A stretch of DNA of 64,000 nt from Octopus sinensis (Eukaryota). A model generated the notes under the pieces. That model made no database searches. It worked only from the letters and a program-made list of their open reading frames with translations, and was not told the origin of the DNA. The first letter of the stretch is position 1; every line of letters starts with the position of its first letter. Below, piece after piece: positions 25,591 to 40,132 of the stretch. The position numbers and the translations under genes are program-made. The stretch is from positions 51,088,001 to 51,152,000 of the forward strand of contig NC_043013.1 in the NCBI RefSeq assembly GCF_006345805.1. The letters are read 5' to 3'.

Positions 25591-26104
25591 GAGATTCCCT
25601 TGCCATTGTTGTAGGCATTGTCGCTGCTATGATTATTGTGGTAAAAGTAATGTATCGGATAGGGTGCTAGGTGGCGTTGTTAGTGTTGGTGGTAATGTTG
25701 ATATAACGAGATCAGGGTCAAACAATTTGGGTGGCATAAAACGAGAAGAGAGAGAGGAAGACGAAAGGAAAAATGCAGGAAGAGAAACTAGCGACCCCAC
25801 CACCCCTGGAAAAATGTCAATAGAAGAAAAAATGAAAAATAAATGAAGAATAAACGCGAAAACAATGGCATCGGTGTTGATGTTTCTGTTGGCATCAATC
25901 GCACCAGGATTTACCGAAATTACTTACAGCTTATCTATTTATCAATTCTCAGGCTAGACCAGTCCAGTATATCTTTAATCTTGAGTAATATACACACCCA
26001 TATGCATACATGCATGCATACATACATGCATGCATACATACATGCATGCATACATACATGCATGCATACATACATGCATGCATACATACATGCATACAAA
26101 CATA

Positions 26105-26640
26105 TCGTCGTGGCACTCTGTCGGTTACTACGACGAGGGTTCCAGTTGATCCGATCAACGGAACAGCCTGCTCGTGAAATTAACGTGCAAGTGGCTGAGC
26201 ACTCCACAGACACGTGTACCTTTAATGTCCATTTGTCCAAGGTGCCAGGCAGTAGGATTGAAACCGGAGAAAATGCTGTCGGGAAGCAAACTCCTTACCA
26301 CACAGCCATTCCTGCACGAGGGTTCCAGTTGATCCGATCAACGGAATAGCCTGCTCGCGAAATTAACGTGCAAGTGGTGAGCACTCCACAGACACGTGTA
26401 CCTTTAATGTATGTATTTCTCGGGGAGTTTCAGCGTGACACAGAGTGTGACAAGGCTGGCCCCTTTGAAATAGAGGTACAACAGAAACAGGAAGAAAGAG
26501 TGAGAGAGAAAGTTGTGGTGAAAGAAACAGTACAGCAAGGTTCGCCACCGCCCCCTGCCGGAGCCTTGTGGAGCTTTAGGTGTTTTCCCTCAATAGAAAC
26601 TCAGACTGCTCGGTCTGGGAAGCGAAACCGCGATCCCACG
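26105..26640. mobile_element. Structured repeat (family D), partly duplicated (26131-26227 and 26317-26410), followed by a minus-strand SINE C piece (26480-26640)
   Basis: GTTCCAGTTGATCCGATCAACGGAA occurs twice; a decayed piece also lies at 17380-17470 on the minus strand. Confidence 0.7.
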
Positions 26641-26673
<33 letters not shown>

Positions 26674-26674
26674 A

Positions 26675-26791
26675 TATAGTGTACATTTAAACACATAAGG
26701 AATCCACTCGTGGAATTCAACACGCTAGAAAGAACAGCTAGCGTGTTGAATTCTACGGGTGGATTCCTTATGTGTTTAAATGCACACTATA
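26675..26791. repeat. Fold-back palindrome with 54-bp arms and 9-nt loop
   Basis: 26675-26728 is the reverse complement of 26738-26791 with 3 mismatches. Confidence 0.92.
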
Positions 26792-27159
26792 GATTATGAC
26801 TAATTCATAGTCTTTTGGGACTAAATTTTTACACGTTAGGCCACTGAAAGTGAAAATTTCAATTAATTTTCCATTTCCCTTTGATATGTTTAAGTATATA
26901 TATATATATTGTTCCTACCCAGAGTAATTTTATGGGATAATTATTAGTCTGGTGCCGCTATAGCGTATGAATTAATATAGTAATAGCAAGACCTTTTGGA
27001 TGGAAGTTCATAAATCTCTTAATCCATGGATTTTTGAAAATCATATTTCGAATATCCTATGGATTGGAAATACAGCTAAAGCATGTGGTTCGTGGAAACG
27101 TACGTAGCAATACATTAAATGAATTTATGAATTTTCATTCAAAAACGTTCTTGTTATTG

Positions 27160-27203
<44 letters not shown>

Positions 27204-27494
27204 TATATATATATAGTGTGTTGTGGTGTGTGTGTGGTGTGTGTGTGTATGTATAATTAATCCCACAAGACGAAGCAAAAACACAAGAAAATCCATCCCC
27301 GCTGTCTAGATGAAGAGGCCAATATTCCCCCTGACTGGAAGCCTATTCCGTCGTAGAGGCGACCCATTAACAGCAGAGTGGCCTGGAACAACGTGAAAGG
27401 AAGTGCTTTGGTCTGGGAATCGAACCTATGTTATTAATACAATGTAATATAGCGCAATGTAATGTGATGTGACGTAACGTATATGTTTACAAAA

Positions 27495-27990
27495 GCGGCG
27501 CAAGCTGGCAGAAACGTTAGAACGCCGGGCGAAATGCTTAGTGGTAATTCGTATGCTTATACGTTCTGAATTCAAATTCCGCCGAGGTCGACTTTGCCTT
27601 TCATCCTTTCAGGGTCGATTAAATAAGTACCAGTTACGAACTGGGTCGATATAATCGACTTAATCCCTTTGTCTGTCCTTGCTTGTCCCCTCTGTGTTTA
27701 GCCCCTTGTGGGTAGTAAAGAAATATGTATTTCATTTGCCGTTACGTTCTGAGTTCAAATTCCGCCGAGGTCGACTTTGCCTTTCGAGGTCGATGAATTA
27801 ATTACCAGTTATGCACTGGACCCGAAGTAATCGACTGTCCCCTTCCTCCAAGTCACAGGCCTTGTACCTAGAGTAGAGAAGAATCTTTAGCACGCCGGAC
27901 AAAATGGTTAGTGGCATTTCGTTTGTTTTTACACTCTGAGTTCCAGTTCCGCTGAGGTCGTCTTTGCCATGCATCGTTTTGGGGACGAAA
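27495..27990 (+). mobile_element. SINE B array, three units
   Basis: Restart sites near 27728 and 27886. Confidence 0.85.
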
Positions 27991-28075
27991 TAATTAGCAG
28001 ACATAATTAGCTGTTCTGTGAGACAGACAGTTAGTCGGTAAATATGTCTGTCTGTTAGTCAGAATGTTATAAGAT
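27991..28075 (+). repeat. 85-bp direct repeat, copy 1
   Basis: Identical to 30207-30291 except for one base. Confidence 0.92.
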
Positions 28076-29194
28076 CAATGCTGCTATTTATGTGATCGAT
28101 GTCTCCCTCCTTCGAAACTGCAAGCCTTGTGCCAAAATTCGAAATCAATGTATGAATATATGTATGAAGGCAGTGAGTTGGTAGAATCGCCAGGATACTA
28201 AACAAAATGTATTGGTATTTCGTCTGTATTTCAGATTCCATCAAAGTTGACTTTGCCTTTCGTCCTTTCGGGACCGATAAAATACGTACCAATTGAGCAG
28301 TGGAGCCGATGTAATCGACTAGCACCCCTCCTCTAAACCTTTGGGCCTCGTGTTTATAGTAGAAAGAAATATATATGTTTGCATATGGGTGCGAAGGCCG
28401 TAAATTAACGAAAGCGTTAGGGCGTGGGAAATACAAGGATTTGATCCGACTGTTCTGAGTTCAAATCACGCCAAGTTCTAGTTTAGATGTCATTGTATTC
28501 TATTGCAAATATCCAATGCCAGAATCAATTGGTGAGAAGCAATTTGACGACAATGGCAAGAGAACTGATGGGTGTACATAGGTTTCTTAGGAGAGTGAGA
28601 AAACTTGGTATTTCCGACAAAGATACTACACTGGATTGGTCACCTGGTTGCAGTGGTCATTTACTTTCAGAGAGAGAGGTCTTTCGTCTGACTGGCCATT
28701 TACTATATAAAACAAGCAATAAAATATGACCACAACCAATTTTCTTGTGAAAGAGACAATTAGAAAAAAGGACATGGAAATGAGCTCAATGCCGAAGTAG
28801 CATTTTATTTATTGACCAAAAGAAACACGGAAAAAAAAAACGGTATAGTTGACCTCAACGTAATTTGAACTCAGAGCGCAGAAATCCAGATTAAAATACA
28901 CCGACACTTTTCCAATTCGCTCTTACATATATTAGACATTTCACGGTTGTATTGCATTTACGAATTTGAGTGAATTTGTATTTATGTGCGTGTGTGTATG
29001 TATGTTTGTGTCAGAGACTATGTACGAGAGATAGAGAAGGACTATCTATACATAAGTGGTTGAAATATCTTTCCTTCAGACAAGAAGAAATTCTAATTTT
29101 CTGCCATTTATTTTTTTATACACTTCTTATTACAGTCATCCTATTAAATACATACGTACCTACAAACATACGTTCATATGTATACATATCATAT

Positions 29195-29301
<107 letters not shown>

Positions 29302-29917
29302 GGAGCTCCATAATAGATACTAATAGATGTTACCTTAAAATACTGAGTGCATAAAAACAAATAGGAAAGTGCATATATACACACTTTATTTTTATTACAC
29401 ATTACACTTTGCATTACATGACATTTTATGATATGTTATTAACATTATGGCTTCCTTCATATTTCTTCCTTCGTTTTTCTGTGTGTTAACCTCATAATTA
29501 TTTGCAGTTAACCTTTAACTACACCGTGCATTAAATATGATGTTTATTATATGCACTTAACTCGACTGACACAGTGGAAACTGCATATTAACTAATGTTA
29601 GAAAGAGATAATTTACTATGCATGAAGTAAAATCAAATTATAACACATAATTCAAAATCACGCCGAGACGAGAATCTCGTCAAGTGTGAAATTTATTTGA
29701 TTTATTTGTTAGAGACCCTGAACTAAATGGATAAAAGGGATTTTTAGAGAAAATAGTATTTGACGAAGAAGAATTATGTTGATTCACACATATATACACA
29801 CATACATACATACATACGCACATACATACATACATACATACATACATACATACATACATACATACATACATACATACATACATACATACACACGCATAAT
29901 GCCTAAATATATATTTA

Positions 29918-29962
<45 letters not shown>

Positions 29963-30206
29963 TACATGTATGTGTATATGTTTTATATACATATGTATGT
30001 GCATATATAAATATATGGATATATATATGCATCTACATGTATGTATAATAATATATACATATAATGCATATACGTATATATATTCAACACATGCATACAT
30101 ACACACAGATATATGTATGTGAGAAACGATATCGAAAAACAACGATTGGTGTTAGTGGGATTCCATAATCTCTACGTAGCTTGTCAGTGAATATAATTAG
30201 CTGATT

Positions 30207-30291
30207 TAATTAGCAGACATAATTAGCTGTTCTGTGAAACAGACAGTTAGTCGGTAAATATGTCTGTCTGTTAGTCAGAATGTTATAAGAT
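30207..30291 (+). repeat. 85-bp direct repeat, copy 2
   Basis: See 27991-28075. Confidence 0.92.
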
Positions 30292-30780
30292 GTGTGTTGA
30301 ATGTTAGAAAGGTGTCAAAAAGTTCCTTAAGTACAATTACTGTGTTTGAAGAATAATTTAACGTTTCGGGATCGAGACATTCGTCAAACGGAAGCAGAAA
30401 AAAACGGTACCGTTTCTCATATTTTTTGTGTATATGTATATGTAATTCAAAAGAAGGAGGGAGAGAGAGAGAGGGAGAGAGAGAGAGGGAGAGAGAGAGA
30501 GGGAGAGAGAGAGAGAGAGAGAAGGTGAAAGAAAGAGTGAGTGAAGGAGAGGGAGATAGGGAGATGGAGAGGGGGAGGTGATGGTGATAAGTATTATATC
30601 ATTAGTTTCAAGCGAAGGAAATTGCTGTTCACGCTGGCAAACGCCTGTTATATTACGTCAGATATCGGATTTTACACTGTTGTATTTAGTTAGAAGGGAA
30701 GTAGGGGAAGAAGGAGCAGTAGGGGAGAAGGGAAAGGGTTAGAGATATATACGGTGTGTATACGTGAGTCTATATATATA

Positions 30781-30814
<34 letters not shown>

Positions 30815-30985
30815 CTTATATACACACATATGGGTACTGAAAAGTTCCTGGCTTTATGGGTATCGTGAAAGGCTTCCATAGTTCTTTTACAGGGCTTAGC
30901 AAAACTAAAGGGCCGTATTATACTTCCGTAAATAAATTGATACATGCATTCACACACACACACACAACACACACACACACACAAC

Positions 30986-31050
<65 letters not shown>

Positions 31051-31846
31051 CACATAAGAAACATTTAAAACGCCGAGGAAGGGAAAAAAAGATGGGCGTG
31101 AGGAATACGTAGCTTTAAGGTAGGTGGCATTTCTGCTCTCCATCGCAAAATATATATACATATATATACATACATACGTGCATAAACACACATGTCTACT
31201 ATACACTATTTGAAAGTCGTGATTACCTGTGTGTACGTTTGTAAATGTGTGTGCATGTGTGTGTACGTGTGTGTGTGTCACGTCCTATAACTCTGTCCCT
31301 CTCTACTTTTGTAGGGTCTTTCTAGTTGTCACATATTGTGAAATTTTAAAATTACGTATAAGTTTTCAAAGTTGGTATATTGGAATAATTTTCCACGTTA
31401 AATGCGATTTTGCTTTTTATCTGTTCCAGAAAAATTGCAGCAAAATGTTAGTAAGGTAAAGTTTAATCAATTTTACCTAATCAGATAACAGGATTTGGAA
31501 GGTGACATTTTCTGCATGATAGCTGACTGTCACGAAATGAAAGCAAAATCATTAAGAAGAGGAATTTTTATGAAACAAACGAAAGCAAAGCATTACGACG
31601 ACCAAAGTTGTAAGAACTTCTGAAGTTTTAACAAGTTTTACTGAACAAAGTCATGTGAAACGATCGAACATATATGTAAATAATTTAAAAAGGGGAAAAA
31701 ATTCGCTATCAAGGTTTTTCACGAAAAATTGCACAAATCTGTCCTGATCAAGAGGCCTATCTATTGGGGAAGGCATGGTCTGACATGGAATAAAAAAAAT
31801 TTATATAGGACGTAAAAACTGCCAAGTATCGACAGGCTATTCAGCT

Positions 31847-31888
<42 letters not shown>

Positions 31889-32197
31889 TCCATATGTATA
31901 TTCAGTTTGCTCAAAAAGTGTTTTACTCAAAAATACAACGCACCGCTCTGTCTGGGAATCGAATCCACAATCTTGCAATCGTAAGTGCAACACTAACCAT
32001 TACGTAAGCACCTATACGTACATACACATATATGTACATATACATACATACATACATACATGCATGTATATATATACATACATACATACATACATATATG
32101 TACATATACACACATTCATATATATATATGTATATATGTACATAAATATATATATATATGTATATATGTACATATATATATATATGTATATATGTAC

Positions 32198-32229
<32 letters not shown>

Positions 32230-32273
32230 GTACATATATATATATGTATATATATATATATGTATATATGTAC

Positions 32274-32305
<32 letters not shown>

Positions 32306-32334
32306 GTATGTATGTACGTATGTATGTATGTATA

Positions 32335-33893
32335 CAGGGTGTGTAGGCTATTTGAGAACATGACACATTTTTGAGTTATTACAGTTTTTAAATTAACTTT
32401 ATGTGATTTATGCTTCAGAAAATAATAATAGCAGAAACTCAGATTACTGAAGAAATGAAAAGGCATGTCATAATAATGGTTGCCTTAATGGCTGAGCTCA
32501 GCGATTTAGAGATAACTCAGTTTTTGAAAGTCACCGGATCTTTCGCCTGCCAAATTCGAAAGAAATTAGAAGCCTTAGATGGAAAAGGTATCACCAGTAT
32601 CGAAATGCAAAAAGCATTCCCAACGCTCCAATATTATTATAACGCCCGATTTTATTCAACTAGTTCAGCATGTTATTGACAGAAATCCCAGAAAATTTAT
32701 GAGGTAAGTTCAAAAGATCTCCATGCGTCAGAAAGGACTATCCAAAATGTTGTTCATGAAGACATCCGGTACAAGTCTTACATGATGAAGAACGGTCAAT
32801 TCAGGTAAAAGAATTTAAGGGAAAATCATTTGATCAGATCTATATGACTATTAAACATCTAGAAGATCGATTTGGTCTTTTTTAGATGAGAAAACTTTTG
32901 ACCAGGACCAGAAGATTAACAGAAAACATAAAAAGCCAGATGGTGGTGTTCAATCTCTTCTGAAGTTCGGACGGTCACGCACATAAAATTTTCTGCAACT
33001 GCTACAGCTTTTGGAGTTGGCAGTTATGATGGACATGTGATACCTCCTCTCTTCTTTCCACAATGTCTCAGAATTAACTCTGCTGGCTACATTGAGGTCC
33101 CAGAAACAGTTGTCAAGCTCTGAATACATGGAATACGCAATGGAAGGCCTTACGAGTTTCAGCAGGACTCTGCGTCATCATATAAGGCTCAAGCAACCCA
33201 AGTATGGATGGCTGACCATTTTCATGACCACACAACCTCAAACATTTGACCTCCAAACTCAACAAGTCTCAATCCATTGGACTACTATGTGTGAAGAGCT
33301 GTTGAGAGAGAGATAGGTCAATCAACATTCCCATCACTCTAAAGACTCTGTGAAAGCCACCATAGAGTAATGTCCAGTACGAACCAGGACCATTTAATTA
33401 GGGCATATTGACGATTCAAATCTCGAATAGAAGCAGTTATTGATGCTGAAGGTAGCGACATTGTATAAGATAACAAAGAGGATAATCTGGTCTTTACGTA
33501 CAATTTGTTATCTGTTATGTCTTTACGCCTCCAATATCGTAGTACGGTTAATATTGTCGGCGATAAAGAGCACATTGTAACAGTGTTATAATACACAATA
33601 GAAACAAGGGTTGCGAAAACACGTAACGAATCAACAATGTTTTACAAACCAACAATCAATATTTCCAACACACCAACTCGAGCTGTAAACTGTACCTGGA
33701 CTTCGAAGATCAAACTACGAACTGCCGATTACGTCAGACCGTTACTATTTACATCCAGTCGTCCTGCCTATTCTCGTTACAGGGCGCTGTACTCTCACCA
33801 CAATATCTTCATTAATAAAGTTGATTTTTGTCATTGTATGTATGTTTTTATTAAAAATCATATTTGTCCTCTAATACCTTATGCAACTTGTGT

Positions 33894-33894
<1 letters not shown>
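32335..33894 (+). mobile_element. Decayed Tc1/mariner transposon, DD37D (maT-type) transposase pseudogene
   Basis: TA|CAGGGTG start; FLDEKTF, QQDSA, (W)PPNSxxLNPLDY with 37 residues between the 2nd and 3rd Asp; RIEAVIDAEG end; many stops and frameshifts. Confidence 0.85.
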
Positions 33895-33991
<97 letters not shown>

Positions 33992-34004
33992 GGATCGATG
34001 GACG

Positions 34005-34091
<87 letters not shown>

Positions 34092-34104
34092 GGATGGATC
34101 GATG

Positions 34105-34142
<38 letters not shown>

Positions 34143-34185
34143 TAGATAGATAGATAGATAGACAGACAAATAGACAGAAAGATAC
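33895..34185. repeat. (GACA)n/(GATA)n microsatellite
   Basis: Direct inspection. Confidence 0.97.
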
Positions 34186-34845
34186 AATAAGATATAGATA
34201 TATAAATGGGGGAAAGAATTTGTTGTGGGGAGACAATTCCTTCACAAAAATCGTTAGAACTTGAAGGAGATAGGATTACTGCATCGTTCTCTCGAACCCG
34301 TGTCTGTTATCTACTTGAAACTTTTGTCACTCCAACGTTTTAAGCGCACAGACACTGAATGGCGACTGGTCCCAGGCGTAAACTCTTTTAGTTGAAGTAT
34401 TTAAAAGAAGGAAAACAGAACAAGGACGCCTGGACCCCACCTTGTAACATTAAACCTTTATTTAAACTGATGTCATATACAAATGCATTTACTCCTCTTT
34501 TTGCTTCCTTCAAAAGAATATCTGTTTCCTGGTTCCCGCTGCTTTTCTAACTTACAACAGTCGATGGCAATCAGCGTCATGTTTTCGCGTTGGATCCTAA
34601 TGTGTTTCCGATATCATTAACTGTCGTCGTGCTTCCCATCATTTCACTTGATGACACACAGAAGGAAATACGTCTCGTATGACGTCCTCTTCATAAGTAC
34701 CCCGTGTCAATATCCTGTCGGCGGCTTCTTTTAGCATGGAAATGAAAGGGATGGGAAAATTATATATATATATATAGATATATATATATATATAATGTTA
34801 TGTTATATATATATATATATATATATATATAGATATATAATGTTT

Positions 34846-34884
<39 letters not shown>

Positions 34885-34929
34885 GTTATGTTATATATGT
34901 ATGTATATATATATATGTAAAAGTTATGT

Positions 34930-34961
<32 letters not shown>

Positions 34962-34983
34962 ATATGTAAAATGTTTATATATA

Positions 34984-35376
34984 GGCGCAGGAGTGGCTGT
35001 GTGGTAAGTAGCTTGCTAACCAGCCACATGGTTCCGGGTTCAGTCCCACTGCGTGGCATCTTGGGCAAGTGTCTTCTGCTATAGCCCCGGGCCGACCAAT
35101 GCCTTGTGAGTGGATTTGGTAGACGGAAACTGAAAGAAGCCTGTCGTATATATGTATATATATATATGTGTATGTATGTGTGTGGTGTGTGTTTGTCCCC
35201 CTAGCATTGCTTGACAACCGATGCTGGTGTGTTTACGTCCCCGTCACTTAGCAGTTCGGCAAAAGAGACCAATAGAATAAGTACTGGGCTTACAAAAGAA
35301 TAAGTCCCGGGGTCGAGTTGCTCGACTAAAGCATGGTCGCAGTCAAATGACTGAAACAAGTAAAAGAGTAAAAGAG
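34984..35376 (+). mobile_element. SINE A, full length, well preserved
   Basis: GGCGCAGGAGTGGCTGTGTGGTAAG...CAGTCAAATGACTGAAACAAGTAAAAGAG. Confidence 0.93.
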
Positions 35377-36237
35377 ATATATGTAAAATGTTATATATAT
35401 ACATATAAAATCTTATGTTATATATATATATCCAACATTTTATATATATATAACACATATATATATATATATATATATCCAACATTTTATATATATATAA
35501 CATATATAGATATATATACATAGATCCAACATTTTATATATATATAACATATATATATATATACATATATCCAACATTTTATATATATATAACATATATA
35601 TATACATATATCCAACATTTTATATATATAACAATATATTACATATATCAACATTTTATATATAGATAAATATAATATATATTACATATATCCAACATCT
35701 TATATATATATAACATATATATATACATATATCCAACATTTTATATATATATAACATATATATATATATATACATATATCCAACATTTTATATATATATA
35801 ACATATATATATACATATATCCAACATTTTATATATATATAAAATATATATAGATAGACATATATCCAACATTTTATATATATATAACATATATATAGAT
35901 ATATATACATATATCCAACATTTTATATATATATATAACATATATATATATATACATATATCCAACATTTTATATATATATAAACATATATATGGACATA
36001 TCCAAATTTTATATATATATAACATATATATATATACATATATAATATATCAGATATATATATATATATCATATATATAATATATAATATTAGAATTTAT
36101 ATATATCATAATATATATATAATCATATATATATATATATGATCAATATATATCATAGATTATATATATATATCGATATATCTATATATATAGATAGATC
36201 ATATATATATATATTCATATATATATATCAATTATAT

Positions 36238-36268
<31 letters not shown>

Positions 36269-36945
36269 CATATATATATATAGATATATATTGTATTATA
36301 TATATATATATATAATATATATATCATATATTATATATATATATTATATCTATATAATATAGATCATATATATATATTATATATCATTATATATATATAT
36401 ATAATATATATAGATATATAATATCATATATATATATATATATATATATCATATAATATATATATATATATATATATAATATAGATAGATCTATATATAT
36501 ATATATCATATATATAGATATATATATCATATATATATCATTATATATATATAATATAATAGTATATATATATATAGGATATATATAATATATCATATAT
36601 ATATCATTATATACTATATTATATATATATATCATATAGATATATATATCATATATATATATATTATATATATATATAGATATATATATATATATGATAT
36701 ATATATATATATCATATATATATCATCATATATATATATATATATATATATCATATATAGATATATATATAATCAATATGAATATATATATTATATATAT
36801 ATATGATATATATATATATATATATGATAATAATATATATGTTATATATATATAAAATGTGGGATATATGTATATATATATATATATGTATATATATATG
36901 TATATCATATATATATATATATATATTATATCTAATATATAACGT
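35377..36945. repeat. TA-rich array containing a ~34-40-bp minisatellite with CCAACATTTT core (35420-36040)
   Basis: Direct inspection. Confidence 0.95.
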
Positions 36946-36949
36946 ATAT

Positions 36950-39908
36950 AGTAATATCTTTCATGCCTTATGCATAGCACTTACAGAAACGCACCTGAAC
37001 CGGAAGCGCGATGCGGAGTTACACATACCACAGTATGCTGTACTACGGACCGACAGGAAAGAAAGGAGTCATGGAGGTGTTGCTATGTACATCCGTGAGG
37101 ACCTCACACCCCAGGTCCTCTTGTGTCATACTCAAACTCGGTGTGTGACACACTAATTGTACATATAGGCAAACTGATGTAGTTGTGTGTGCTACATATC
37201 GCCCTCCAGATGCCCCAAGCCATGTGGGCAAGTTTGAAGACTGCCTTATAAAAATAGAAGAAATTCTAACCACATTAGAACAACACATAGGTGTGCTTCT
37301 TATGGGAGACTTCAATCTGCCCATGTCAGATGGCCGAGGGCCTTTCTCTCCCAGGAATGACAAGATGTGAACGAGGACAGGCGAGGTCCCTCCTGACCCT
37401 CATCAACCCCCTGTACATGGAGCAGGTAATACTCCAACCAACCAGGGCAGGTAACACACTGGATCTCTGCTTCACAAATGACATGGATCTCATCCATAAT
37501 GTGAAAGTGACACCGACACTACTCTCGGATCACAACATGATAGAGCTGTCCATGTACGGCCAAAGAGAGCACGACATGCAGCCTACAAGAAACCCTCAAA
37601 TCTTTCCATCTTGAACTATCATAAGGCAAACTGGAAACAAATTGAGAAAGAGATCCTCAAACAAAAACTGGCCTAAATGTCTCTCCTCGCCAGACATCGA
37701 CGTGAAACTTCAACAATTCATGTCTGTAATGCAAGCCATATGCTACAAATGTGCCCAGAGAGAAAGGCCACTGTACACAAGAACAAAATCCCCAGAGAGA
37801 GGAAATTTTAATGAGACGGCGTACGAAATTTTCAAATCGCCTAAACAAACAGATTGAAAGCAGTGTGAAAATCCCGCCTAAAAATAAAACTGTTGGAAAT
37901 CGAAAAATATCTGCAACTCTCCCATGAAAAAAGAAAGAGCAGACAGAGAAGCCTGGGCTATAGAAAACATAAAATCTAACCCCAGAGCTTTCTAAGGTAT
38001 GCCAAAGAAACAGCTACAGTGCACTGTAGAATAGGGCCACTCCTCGAAAAGGATGGCACACTTACAGGAAAACCATGAGGGTAAGTGAAATACTGAATGA
38101 GCAATTCAAGAGTTTTCACTCCACCCCTTGGCATCTCCAAATCACCAATCCAACTGACTTTTTTACCACTGCAGATATAAAATCAGAGGCGGCGACGATA
38201 GATTACATCGATATAAAGGAAGACGATGTAACAAGGCTATAGATGAAATGAAAACAGACTCAGCTACTGGCCCCGATGGATTCCCGGCAATCCTCCTAAA
38301 AGCATGTAGAGAGTCCTAGCAAGACCACTGCAGTTCCTCTTTCAGAGCTTCTTGCAGCTGGCAAACTTCCAGGAAAACTGAAGGAAGGTAAAATATGCCC
38401 CATTCATAAAGGAGGTAGCAGAGCGGAAGCCAAGAACTATAGACCTATCTCTCTGACCTCACACATCAGCAAGGTCACGGAACGAATAGTCAGAGGAAGC
38501 TGATCACCTTCCTTGAAGAGAATGACTTGCTGCCCGACACCCAACATGGTTCCGACCAGGGAAAGCTGTTTAACTCAGCTCCTACAAACACTATGACTGG
38601 GTGCTGAAACGGCTGCTCAACCACTCAAATGTGGAAGTGATATATCTCGACTTTGCAAAGGCCTTGATAAAGTCGATCATGGAATGATATGTCACAAACT
38701 GCGTGATCTCAACATAGTTGGAAAACTGGGAGATGGCTTCATGACTTTATGAAGGATAGAAGTCAGGTGGTAGTAGCCAATGGGGGCCACCTCCATTAAC
38801 ACACAAATAGTGAGCGGTGTTCCGCAGGGGCACTGTTCTGGGACCACTACTGTTCATAATGGCCCTCTCAGACATGCCCTCAGCCACGCAGAGAGCCACG
38901 ATCACAAGTTATGCAGATGATACAAAAGTTTCACAGGCAATACAGAACCCTGAGGACACTAAACACCTGCAATGTGAGCTGGACGAAATATACAAGTGGG
39001 CTGAAAAGAATAGCTGCAGTTCAATGCTGGAGGAAAGTTTCAAGCTTTATACTATCAGCATGCAAACTGAATGCAATACCCAATGAATACACTGGACCGG
39101 AGGGATTGCAATCCCAGAGGCACAATCAGTGCGTGACCTGGGGATTCACATGAGTGATGACGCACCTTTCATGTACATGTTGCTAAACTGACAATGAAAT
39201 GTAGACGGCTGGCTGGATGGATTCTTAGAACCTTTAGAACAAGAGAACAAGAAACCATGATGGTCCTCTGGAAGACACTTGTCCTAAGCCACTTTGACTA
39301 TTGCTCTCAGCTATGGTCACCATCCAGTGTCAAGTGATCACAGACTTGAGGCGATCCAACGAAGCTACACAAAGAAGATAGCCTCTATGCAGAATGTAAG
39401 CTACTGGGAAAGACTCAAGAGAGATTAAAATTATATTCCCTGGAGCGTAGGCGGGAAAGATATGCCATAAATACATCTGGAAGATCCTGGAGGGAAGTGT
39501 CCTGAACTTTGGCATCGAGAGTACGCAAATGCCGAACTGGGCGCCACTGCGTGGTGCCTAGGACTCCCAAACCTGCCATCAAGATGTAGGACAAGATTCT
39601 GTGATAGCTGGGCTTCCGAGGCCCACAGCTCTTCAATATCCTCCCGAAGAACCTGAGAGACCTGCATGGGGTGGATACAGATGTCTTTAAAATGAAGCTG
39701 GATCTCTTCCTGTCAGGTGTCCCAGATGAACCAACTTCAAGAAGGAGGGGCAGATGAGGGCAAGCTGCATCGAACTCTCTCATGCACCAAATAGCAGTTG
39801 CTAGAAAGCCTCCATGAAGTGGAAACCAAGTAGCAACACCAAATGGCGGTGCCCCAGCATGGCCACAGCTCATAAGCTGAAACTAGATCATCAATCAATC
39901 AATCAATC
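36950..39908 (+). mobile_element. 5'-truncated CR1-like LINE (APE endonuclease + reverse transcriptase), frameshifted
   Basis: LTETHL, RTDR..SHGGVAMY, TYRPP, MGDFN, NTLDL, SDHN (APE); NYRPISLTS, YLDFAKA, SGVPQG, GPLLF, YADDTK, RDLG, DYCSQLWSP, LERRR (RT and C-terminus); ends in (TCAA)n. Confidence 0.92.
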
Positions 39909-40072
39909 ATACATATATGCAATATATATGTATGCATTTGTGTGTGTGTGTGTGTGTGAGTAGTTAGCTATGTGCAAAGGGATTCATGTTATTCGTCACT
40001 TTTATTAGAAAATAAAAATATCCTCGAAATCGGCAGGGCATCGCTATGAACGCTCACAGTAATGTGCGTGTG

Positions 40073-40111
<39 letters not shown>

Positions 40112-40132
40112 ATGTGTGTGTGTACATATATA

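Noticed and set aside
34260-34760. Faint RT-like motifs on minus (GVxQG- and ADD-like)
   Set aside because: Too degenerate to support without a profile search.
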